Of a stretch of 32,000 nucleotides of DNA, positions 1 through 8,103 are shown in pieces; position 1 is the stretch's first letter; each line of letters starts with the position of its first letter. Both the position numbers and the translations under genes were made by a program. The DNA comes from SAR324 cluster bacterium (lineage in GTDB: Bacteria > SAR324 > NAC60-12), in NCBI GenBank assembly GCA_015232315.1, contig JADFZZ010000004.1:83414-115413 (forward strand), given 5' to 3'. The notes under the pieces were generated by a model. It was given only the letters and a program-made list of their open reading frames with translations. It searched no databases and was not told the origin of the DNA.

Positions 1-79
1 GATGGAAAAATAGATGAGTTTATCAAAGAAGCCCTTGTTCAGAAAATTTGTGATTAACCTAAAGTGATGAGAAAAATTT

Positions 80-571
80 ATGTCAAGCTGTTCATTTGAT
101 ATTGTTTGTGAAGTCAACCTTCAGGAACTCGACAATGGGGTCAATCAGGCTAAACGGGAAATTGAAACCCGTTATGATTTTAAAGGCAGTCATTGTGAGA
201 TCGAACTTGATAAGGAAAAATCATCGGTGTTGCTGACAGCGGATGATGACATGAAGATGAAAATGGTGATTGATATTTTATTGACCAAACTCATCAAACG
301 ATCTGTTCCTGTTAAATCCATTGTTTATGGAAAGACTGAGCCTACTGGACGTTTATTGAAAAAAACATTGACCGTTCAGCAGGGACTATCCAAAGAACAG
401 TGTAAAAAAATCACAACGTGTATCAAGGATTCCAAACTCAAAGTGCAGGCACAGGTAATGGGCGAACAAGTTCGGGTTACCGGGAAAAGTAAGGATGATC
501 TTCAGCAAATCATGGGATTGTTGAAAGGAATGGAACTGGATTTTGATCTTCAGTTTACAAATTACAGATAA
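80..571 (+). CDS. yajQ: YajQ family nucleotide-binding protein
   Basis: 163-aa ORF starting at ATG 80. It has the YajQ-like N-terminus SFDIVCEVNLQELDNGVNQAKREIETRYDFKGS and C-terminus VRVTGKSKDDLQQIMGLLKG...DFDLQFTNYR. Confidence 0.95.
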   Translation: MSSCSFDIVCEVNLQELDNGVNQAKREIETRYDFKGSHCEIELDKEKSSVLLTADDDMKMKMVIDILLTKLIKRSVPVKSIVYGKTEPTGRLLKKTLTVQQGLSKEQCKKITTCIKDSKLKVQAQVMGEQVRVTGKSKDDLQQIMGLLKGMELDFDLQFTNYR

Positions 572-573
572 TT

Positions 574-2379
574 TCAGTTCATTGGCGTCTGAGTGATCTG
601 TTTCACCGCATGGATCAGATCACTTTCCTGTGTGGCTGAGAGCATTAAAAATTCCAATCCGATGGTCCATTTATTGATGTAATCTTTTTTAACGCTGTTT
701 TTCTGCCATATGACTTTGCAAATAATTTGTATGGGATCCAGTTCAATAGCATGACCATCTTTTTCTGGCAAAAATACAATTTCAGCAATTGTGGTTTCCC
801 CCACTGTTAACGGTTCTTCCAACTCCATACGCATTCCAAACCTCGAAATATCCAGAGCGATCCCGGAAATCATGTTTTGCTTCATAAACAAGCGGGCCGG
901 CGTATAGACATCAAACCTTGGCGTGCGTCGTCGTCGTTGTTGGTTGAGATAGTAACTGGTTTCTTCCACAACACCATCCCAGAAATAATCCTCAGGCGGA
1001 TAACGCAAAAAATACCGGCAGCGTTGCAAATATTCACGCGTTATCACATCATCCGGATAAATCGCTTCACATTTTTCAAATAACTTTATGGCGTCTTCAA
1101 AGTGCTGACTTTTGTAGCGAATGATCCCTTCAAATAAAAATGCTTTGGTCTGCTGCTTTTTATCATAAATTTCAGGAGGATCATGATCAAAAACCTCAAA
1201 AATTGTAACAGGTACTCCTTTTCCCCGTATTTTAACCGTATCAATTTCACGAATGGCATAATCATCATCATTGATTTCCGCATGACTGTATCCCGTGATC
1301 AGAATACCGGCTTTGTATTGTTTGGTCAGTTGTTCCAGACGGGCAGAGATATTCACATGATCGCCCACCACGGTTGAATCCATCCTGTTTATGGTACCCA
1401 ATGCGCCGACGACGACAGCACCTGTATTGATTCCCACTCCAAAATGTATAGGTGGAAATTCTTTGGAACGATGTGCATTGTGATGTTGAATGGCTCTGTG
1501 CATTTCTATAGCAGACTGAATAGCTCTGTTGACCGAATTTTCTCTATCAAACAGTGCCATGATCCCATCGCCTATAAACTTGTCAATGAAGCCCCCATGA
1601 TCAGTGATCAACGGTTCCATCATGGTGAGGTATTCATTGAGAAATTCGAAGTTTTTTCGAGGAGTCATTTGTTCTGATATGCGGGTATAGGAGCGAATAT
1701 CAGAAAATAAAATGGTCAAAACTTCTTGATGACAATAACCCGGTGTCAAAAAATCAACGCCTTCCGCATAGATACGCTGGAGAAATTGTTTGGGAACAAA
1801 CACCTGAAACATTTTTGTGGTTTTTTCCTGTTCTAGTCGTGAGGCGATCAATTCACTGTTGGTTTCTTCAAGTTTCTGTTTGGCTGTTTTTAATTCTTCA
1901 GCCGTCCTGATGGCATTATCCGCAATCATGTATTGGATAGAAAGAGCCTCATTCAGTTCCGCTGTTTTAAGAGCGAGATCTCTTCTTTGTTCATATAAAC
2001 TGACAAAAATACGGACTTTGCTTTCCAGAATATAAGGATCAAAGGGTTTAGACAGAAAATCAACGGCGCCATGTTCATAACCTTTGAAGATATAATGATC
2101 TTCACGGAAAATGGCGGTGATGAAAATGATGGGAACATTGCGGGACAGGTCATGCTCCCTGATTCTTGCCGCAATCTCAAAACCATCAAGATCCGGCATT
2201 TGGATATCCAGTAAAACCAATGCCAGATCTTGCTCATGCGCAATCTCTATCGCACGTTTTCCTGAGGATGCGGTATAAATTTGAATGTTGAGAGACTTCA
2301 GGATGGCTTGTGTCAGAAACAGGTTTTCCTCACGATCATCTACAATCAGGATTTGAGGTGCAGGATAATTTTTAGCCAT
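574..2379 (-). CDS. Response regulator with class III adenylate cyclase domain, short TPR-like segment and C-terminal PilZ domain
   Basis: REC domain (ILIVDDREENLFLTQAIL, LVLLDIQMPDLDG, FLSKPF), coiled-coil linker, CHD cyclase (ILFSDIRSYTRISEQM, GGFIDKFIGDGIMALF, MDSTVVGDHVNISARLE), TPR-like FLFEGIIRYKSQHFEDAIKLFEKCEAIYPDD, and PilZ (RRTPR = RxxxR; DISRFG = DxSxxG). Confidence 0.93.
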   Translation of the reverse strand: MAKNYPAPQILIVDDREENLFLTQAILKSLNIQIYTASSGKRAIEIAHEQDLALVLLDIQMPDLDGFEIAARIREHDLSRNVPIIFITAIFREDHYIFKGYEHGAVDFLSKPFDPYILESKVRIFVSLYEQRRDLALKTAELNEALSIQYMIADNAIRTAEELKTAKQKLEETNSELIASRLEQEKTTKMFQVFVPKQFLQRIYAEGVDFLTPGYCHQEVLTILFSDIRSYTRISEQMTPRKNFEFLNEYLTMMEPLITDHGGFIDKFIGDGIMALFDRENSVNRAIQSAIEMHRAIQHHNAHRSKEFPPIHFGVGINTGAVVVGALGTINRMDSTVVGDHVNISARLEQLTKQYKAGILITGYSHAEINDDDYAIREIDTVKIRGKGVPVTIFEVFDHDPPEIYDKKQQTKAFLFEGIIRYKSQHFEDAIKLFEKCEAIYPDDVITREYLQRCRYFLRYPPEDYFWDGVVEETSYYLNQQRRRRTPRFDVYTPARLFMKQNMISGIALDISRFGMRMELEEPLTVGETTIAEIVFLPEKDGHAIELDPIQIICKVIWQKNSVKKDYINKWTIGLEFLMLSATQESDLIHAVKQITQTPMN

Positions 2380-2606
2380 TGTGAATCTACAATAAAGTTC
2401 AAATTTTTAAACTATTCAATGATTTTTCCATAACAAACGAGATCGGAGATGTCGAATTAATTGTTGCGATCACAATGAGAATTGAGGCCAACATTCCGAA
2501 TAACAGCACAAAGTGAACGCCTATGAAAATAGTTGGATCTGGTTGATGATTTGCATTAAAGTCATGATGTACTTGCCAATTCAAAAATAGTGCGAAATCA
2601 TTCAGA

Positions 2607-3065
2607 TTGATTCCCCAAACAGGTTATATGGCTATGATTCAAGATTCCATGCTGGCCCTGATTATCAGGTTTGTGGCAGGAAATAAAAAAATAAATTTTT
2701 GTGACAATGAGTTCATTCAACAACAATTGGATGAAATCCAGGCCTTTATTGAGCAGTTTCCTGAAGCAGAGCAGGAATATCAGGCAATGGTCTGGATCCA
2801 GACTTATGCCAGAAAATACCGTGAGACCTGGGAAAAAGAAATCATTACTCAGGAAATGGCTCATCAACGCTGTGCGGACTGCCCCTTGAGGAGCGGTGCA
2901 AGTTATTGCGAAATTCACAAACAATGGCTGAATCTTCTGGAACAATACATCCATCAGGATATTGGCTCACAGCAATATGTGGAATCGTCTCTTCAGTTGC
3001 TGGAAGATCATAAAAACTCTCTAAAAATCAAGGGGCGACCACAGGTTGTGTCAATAGGATGCTGA
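2607..3065 (+). CDS. Hypothetical protein with C-x2-C-x8-C-x2-H motif
   Basis: 152-aa ORF. Contains CADCPLRSGASYCEIH, a possible metal or cluster ligand set. The start may be one of the internal ATGs. Confidence 0.6.
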   Translation: MIPQTGYMAMIQDSMLALIIRFVAGNKKINFCDNEFIQQQLDEIQAFIEQFPEAEQEYQAMVWIQTYARKYRETWEKEIITQEMAHQRCADCPLRSGASYCEIHKQWLNLLEQYIHQDIGSQQYVESSLQLLEDHKNSLKIKGRPQVVSIGC

Positions 3066-4046
3066 CAGCAGTTGCGGATTTTCCATGAGTGTTTTCATCA
3101 CACGTTCTACAGGCAGATTTTCTGTGCTGAAATCAAGCACAGGATAACGATGAAGAATTTCAGCACTGATTTCTCTCAATTGCTTCATCGGCAGACGGAT
3201 ATGGACATGGGTTCTTTCCTCATTCCATCTGGTATCCAGAGATGTCCAGAACATATCATCCCTGGATATTGGCGCCGCAAATAAAAAAGAAACATCTTTT
3301 TCTTCACCCAACAACTTCTCAAACTCCTGTATGGGACCATCAAAACGTTTCCCACCCTGAAAAATGAGCACCAGCCTTGAGCAAAGCGCCGTGACATCAG
3401 CCATATAGTGCGATGTCAGAATGATCGTGCTTCCGGTTTCCTGATGATAGGATTTAATAAATTCCCTGATTTTTTGTTGTGCGATCAGATCCAATCCAAT
3501 AGTTGGTTCATCCAGAAAAATAATCTCTGGTTGATGGAGTAGTGACGCCATCAATTCAACTTTCATCCGTTCACCCAGGGATAATTTTCGAACATGGACA
3601 TGAAGGATATGTTCAACCTGTAACAGGGAGGAAAGCAACGCAACCCTTTGTTTGAAGGTATTCCGCTCTATTTCATAGTATCGTCCCAGCAGTTCAAACG
3701 AATCCATAGCTGGTAAATCCCACCACAGTTGCGATTTTTGTCCCATAACCAGCGCGATTTTTTTTCGAAACAGGCGCTCTCGTTTTTCAGGGACATGGCC
3801 CATCACAGAGAGAGAGCCCCCTGAGGGGACAATGATCCCGGTAAACATCTTCATTAAGGTTGTTTTTCCTGCGCCATTGGGACCAAGTAAACCAATGATT
3901 TCGCCATGCTTCACACTCAGATCAAAGGGTTTGACTGCCTCATTCATTTCATGGTTGCGATAAACAAGAGATTTCAGTGCTCCTTTCAATCCGGGAGACT
4001 TTCGATAGATGCGAAATGCTTTATAAAGTCCTTGTGCTTCAATCAT
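3051..4046 (-). CDS. ABC transporter ATP-binding protein (ABC-2 / COG4586-like exporter ATPase)
   Basis: Walker A GLLGPNGAGKTTLMKM, signature LSLGERMKVELMASLL, Walker B IIFLDEPTIGLD, H-loop ILTSHY. The start at 4046 (MIEAQGLYKAF) fits better than 4073. Confidence 0.9.
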   Translation of the reverse strand: MIEAQGLYKAFRIYRKSPGLKGALKSLVYRNHEMNEAVKPFDLSVKHGEIIGLLGPNGAGKTTLMKMFTGIIVPSGGSLSVMGHVPEKRERLFRKKIALVMGQKSQLWWDLPAMDSFELLGRYYEIERNTFKQRVALLSSLLQVEHILHVHVRKLSLGERMKVELMASLLHQPEIIFLDEPTIGLDLIAQQKIREFIKSYHQETGSTIILTSHYMADVTALCSRLVLIFQGGKRFDGPIQEFEKLLGEEKDVSFLFAAPISRDDMFWTSLDTRWNEERTHVHIRLPMKQLREISAEILHRYPVLDFSTENLPVERVMKTLMENPQLLSASY

Positions 4047-4132
4047 TGCCGTTCTCTGGAATAATGCTTGCAAACCGTAAAAACAGTTAAATTTATGAAA
4101 GATGTTATGAAATCAATCTCAAGGCGGGGTTA

Positions 4133-4591
4133 ATGTTTCCTTCCCGAATAAGATTTAAAATATTTATTCTGGTATGTGTTATGGGGTTATTCAGTTGCGC
4201 AGGTAAACGTCCGGAAAATCTTGGAGTCAAAGATCAACACTTGGCTCCTTGTCCCAACAAACCCAATTGTGTTTCCAGTCAAAGTCAGGATGACTCGCAT
4301 TTCATCAAGCCGTTGACATATCTTGGCACTGTTGAGGAATCCAGGCAATGGTTGAAAGAAATTATTACATCCAAGCCCAATACAACGCTGATCAAGGAAG
4401 AATCAGATTATTTCTGGTTTGAGTTTAAATCGGCCTTGATGGGATTTGTGGATGATGTGGAATTTTATTTTCCGCAATCGGAACAGATCATTCATGTACG
4501 TTCAGCTTCTCGTCTGGGATATTCGGATATGGGTGCCAATCGTAAAAGGATTGAACTCCTTCGTCAGACCTTCTCGCCGTCAGCTCAATAA
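4133..4591 (+). CDS. DUF1499-like lipoprotein
   Basis: N-terminal hydrophobic signal with lipobox-like VMGLFSC-AG. Core CPNKPNCVSSQSQDDSHFIKPL...VDDVEFYF...IHVRSASRLGYSDMGANRKRIELLR is typical of DUF1499. Confidence 0.85.
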   Translation: MFPSRIRFKIFILVCVMGLFSCAGKRPENLGVKDQHLAPCPNKPNCVSSQSQDDSHFIKPLTYLGTVEESRQWLKEIITSKPNTTLIKEESDYFWFEFKSALMGFVDDVEFYFPQSEQIIHVRSASRLGYSDMGANRKRIELLRQTFSPSAQ

Positions 4592-6939
4592 AGATTTCCA
4601 CAAAGCCATACTCCGTATCGGGTACATTCTTGCTGATCCGTCGCGGGGTACAGCATCAATTGATGAGCCGATGAGGCTTCTTTGGATCGTTCGTCAGCCT
4701 GGACTCTGGCTGCATAGAGTGCACCCATGTGTAGTTTGACAATATTTTCAATGTACCCCTGCCTGAAACTCAGTGAAATAGACCCATCCATTCGTTCCTT
4801 TTCCTCTTTATCCAATAGTTGATGGATCCTATTCAAGGACTCTATCCGTCTATTCTCATTTGTCTGAAACGAAAGGCGTGCTTTCTGGAGTTCTCCTGAA
4901 GTCTGAATTTTTTTGCCTGTTCTGGTCCTGGCAAGGTCAGGATTATCCTGAAGCACAGAATATTTTCGCATGGCAACAGTGTATTCTTTATTGCGGTTTG
5001 CCTGACGTGCTTCTTCCATCAAAACAAGGGCCGTTTCTTCAGGGGGGGTTAATTGTGATTCAGTGTTCAGACGAACGCGTTCAAGATCCGACAAATTCTG
5101 ATCAATCGTGTCATATTCATCCGCATAGGGAAACGCTCTTTGAAACTCTACCATCATTGAATATCCACCTCTCATGGCTCTTGCCATAGCAATCTGGTGA
5201 ATCTGTTTTACCGCATCAAGTGCCTCAGGAACATTGGGATATTTTTGCAAAAAATTCAGATATCCCGCAATGATGTTTGCGTTCCTTACTTTCGCATAGA
5301 TATCACTGATCGCTTTGCGGGCATGTGAACTGGCAGGATAAAGGGCCACAAATTTCTCAAATTTTTCAACATCCTTTTCTTTTTCATACAAACTGAGCAG
5401 AAGCCCTGTTGCCAGCGCGGCTTGCGGAGTATACGGGAATTTTTTAATGAAAGTTTCGTATCCTTCTTCTGTGTTTCCGGAGTGGTAAACTTCGAATTGT
5501 CTGTCGATGGCCTGGCTCACATGACGTGATTGGGGATGCCGTTGAATAAACTGATCATAGCCCTCAACGGTGTTCTGAACCTGATACAGTTTTAATATCG
5601 ATTCAATCGCACCACCTGTATGGGATGACAATGGATAGCGTTCAATAAATTCAAGGTATCCATCAATCGAAGGTGTTTCCTCATATTTTTGAAACAGACG
5701 ATCCCTTGCGGTTTCCGCTGTGGATGTCCCGTCAAACAGATCAATAAAATTCTGGTAGGATTCAATCGAATTTTTGAGAGTCGCCTGTTCCAGTTGCTGA
5801 TCAAGAATCATTTGTTGATCCACACCAAGTGATTGAGGACTTTCTTTAATTTGTAAGGCCAGGAGAGGTGCCATTTTTTCCAGGGCCTGTAAAGCAAGCG
5901 GCGAGTTTGGATACTGTTGACGGAATAGTTGATAGCCTTTCAGGGTGTTGGTTTGTATTGCCTCCCTCCAGGTTAAGGATTCCTGGAGTAAAATAGCATC
6001 ATTTATAAAACGACCATAAGGAAACTGAGCCAGATAGGTTTTGACGGCTTGAAGCGTATCAACTCTCAGACTTTCCGCGTATAAAGCTGATTCAAGGTTC
6101 AACCGCATCAAGGCAACATATTTGCCTTCAGGAAAATATTTGAGATAATCCAGCGCATTCCGCATTAATTCATTGCTTTGACTTTCTGACAGGTTGGATG
6201 GTTTTTGAAATGATAAGGATCTGTCAGGAATCCACCCGGACTGATTGTTTGGTAAGGCAAGACGGGTCCATTCCTGCTGGTGAGCAAGAATATCAAATTC
6301 ACCTGCGGCATTGATCGTAGAACCTGTCGGTGAATCATAACCTGGAGATTCATGAACTGTCAGTGGAACGATTTGAATAATTGCAATGTGTTTCATGGCG
6401 ACAGGACCAGGATAAAATAATTCTTCCATTTCCCGCATGGCCTCATTCAAAAATTTCCCTTGAGGAAATTCTTTCAAATACAGGAGATACGGACTCGGTT
6501 TTTTCTGTTCCCTGGCAAACTGAATCAGGATGGTTTCCTTGATTTCATTGACTTCCGCAACATATTTTCCCCGGGGATATTGTTCCAGATATTGATCACA
6601 CACTTCGCGTGTGTGCAGGGTCTGTACCTGTTCAAACAGCCATTGTTCAATCAGGTTCTGAACGTCCTGAACATAGTGTCCCTGAGGAAATTGTTTGAGA
6701 TAACGCTGGTAGGCATCCTTGGTATGCTGGTGTTTGGCTTGTTCAAACCAGGCTTTATCCAGCAGTTGTGAGGCTTCAGAAGAAAATTCGGAATCGGGAT
6801 AGTTTCTGATAAAATCTTCATAAGAAGTTATTGTATTTTGTTGTTTGGCTTTTTCAAAGGCTCCAGACGCTCCGCATCCCACCAGAATGGTAAATGTGAT
6901 GAATATAAGAATGGAGGCCTTTGACACAGAATCTGCCAT
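4585..6939 (-). CDS. Large repeat-rich lipoprotein with degenerate TPR/BamD-like repeats and an embedded SH3-like segment
   Basis: Signal peptide and lipobox (ASILIFITFTILVGC-GAS) from an internal ATG at 6939. About 14 copies of a Y.xFl..yP.s..a..A unit, with a GS/SH3-like segment (NNQSGWIPDRSL). Confidence 0.8.
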   Translation of the reverse strand: MADSVSKASILIFITFTILVGCGASGAFEKAKQQNTITSYEDFIRNYPDSEFSSEASQLLDKAWFEQAKHQHTKDAYQRYLKQFPQGHYVQDVQNLIEQWLFEQVQTLHTREVCDQYLEQYPRGKYVAEVNEIKETILIQFAREQKKPSPYLLYLKEFPQGKFLNEAMREMEELFYPGPVAMKHIAIIQIVPLTVHESPGYDSPTGSTINAAGEFDILAHQQEWTRLALPNNQSGWIPDRSLSFQKPSNLSESQSNELMRNALDYLKYFPEGKYVALMRLNLESALYAESLRVDTLQAVKTYLAQFPYGRFINDAILLQESLTWREAIQTNTLKGYQLFRQQYPNSPLALQALEKMAPLLALQIKESPQSLGVDQQMILDQQLEQATLKNSIESYQNFIDLFDGTSTAETARDRLFQKYEETPSIDGYLEFIERYPLSSHTGGAIESILKLYQVQNTVEGYDQFIQRHPQSRHVSQAIDRQFEVYHSGNTEEGYETFIKKFPYTPQAALATGLLLSLYEKEKDVEKFEKFVALYPASSHARKAISDIYAKVRNANIIAGYLNFLQKYPNVPEALDAVKQIHQIAMARAMRGGYSMMVEFQRAFPYADEYDTIDQNLSDLERVRLNTESQLTPPEETALVLMEEARQANRNKEYTVAMRKYSVLQDNPDLARTRTGKKIQTSGELQKARLSFQTNENRRIESLNRIHQLLDKEEKERMDGSISLSFRQGYIENIVKLHMGALYAARVQADERSKEASSAHQLMLYPATDQQECTRYGVWLCGNLY

Positions 6940-7057
6940 TTTAAAACCGTTACACACCAGGAACAATTAAATAATTAATATGAACTTTTGAAAGGTGCCC
7001 TGAATTTTAATGAAAGTGTTTGATGAAAATTTGCCTAAAAATGGATGTCCTGAAACA

Positions 7058-8065
7058 TTATGATTGAGTAAAATCAATCAACTGTTCCAGCTTTTTCATC
7101 GCCATGCCATTTTCCACGAGTTCTTTTGCCTGGGCGATACCCTCTTTCAATGTTGCGGTTTTTTCAGCAACATACAATGCCGCCGCGGCATTTAATATTG
7201 CGACATCTTTGGCAGTACCCAGATATTTTCCTGAAAGGATCTGGCGAATCATTTGAGCGCTTTCGTCGGCACTGTTGACACTCAATTCTTTCAGCGATCC
7301 TTTTTTCATTCCAAGATCTTCCGGAGTCAAACTATAGGTTTTGACCAGTCCATTTCTGAGTTCTGCGACATAGGTTTTGCTGGTTGTTGTTAATTCGCAT
7401 AGTCCATCCTCTCCTGTCACCACCATCGCGTTTCGGCTTCCAAGTCGCTGAAGTGCCTGGGCTAGCTTGTGAGTCCACTCCACAGAGGGAACCCCCAAAA
7501 CCTGGTCCATGGCTCCTGCTGGATTGGTAAGAGGTCCCAGAATGTTGAAAATGGTAGGTATTCCCAGTTCTTTTCGGATAGGTCCCGCAAATTTCATGGC
7601 CGGGTGATGTTTTATCGCATAACAGAAACAAATATTGGTTTGGGCAAGGCACTGTTCCACTTTTGGCAAATCAATATTGATATTCACCCCCAGTGCTTCC
7701 AGCGCTTCAGCACTGCCACTTTTGCGGGTATTGCTCCGGTTTCCGTGTTTTGCGACAACCGCACCGCCAGCCGCGGCAATAATCGCGGCGCAGGTGGATA
7801 TGTTGAACGTGCTGATTCCGTTTCCACCAGTACTACAGGTATCTACGGCATTAGCGGGGGCCTGAATGTGTGCGGACTTTTGACGCATCGCTGTTGCCGC
7901 TCCGGCAATTTCTTCTACATTTGCGCCTTTAGCTTGCAGGAGCGCTAAAAAGGCCCCCGCCTTGATTGGTGTTGCGTCTTCACTCATGATCCACTGGATC
8001 GCTTGATGCGATTCATCAAATGTTAAATCCTGCAATTTCAATAATTTTTGCAACAATTCATTCAT
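7058..8065 (-). CDS. trpD: Anthranilate phosphoribosyltransferase
   Basis: DTCSTGGNGISTFNIST, AKHGNRSNTRKSGSAEALEALG, MKFAGPIRKELGIPTIFNILGPLTNPAG are diagnostic. The likely start is MNELLQKL (8065); the ORF-track start at 8104 overlaps the upstream gene's stop. Confidence 0.97.
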   Translation of the reverse strand: MNELLQKLLKLQDLTFDESHQAIQWIMSEDATPIKAGAFLALLQAKGANVEEIAGAATAMRQKSAHIQAPANAVDTCSTGGNGISTFNISTCAAIIAAAGGAVVAKHGNRSNTRKSGSAEALEALGVNINIDLPKVEQCLAQTNICFCYAIKHHPAMKFAGPIRKELGIPTIFNILGPLTNPAGAMDQVLGVPSVEWTHKLAQALQRLGSRNAMVVTGEDGLCELTTTSKTYVAELRNGLVKTYSLTPEDLGMKKGSLKELSVNSADESAQMIRQILSGKYLGTAKDVAILNAAAALYVAEKTATLKEGIAQAKELVENGMAMKKLEQLIDFTQS

Positions 8066-8103
8066 TATTTCAGTCCTTTCTCTCTCAGGGTGTGGCTGAC
8101 TCA

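Noticed and set aside
2399-2584. 61-aa minus-strand ORF upstream of the cyclase gene
   Set aside because: Short, in an AT-rich intergenic region, with no convincing ribosome-binding site or homology that I recognise.
4585-6939. Possible BamD/CpoB identity for the 793-aa lipoprotein
   Set aside because: The repeats resemble that family, but the protein is much longer, carries an SH3-like segment and lacks the compact BamD organisation, so no gene symbol was assigned.
7469-7948. 159-aa ORF antisense to trpD
   Set aside because: Fully overlaps the diagnostic trpD motifs and has a non-protein-like composition.
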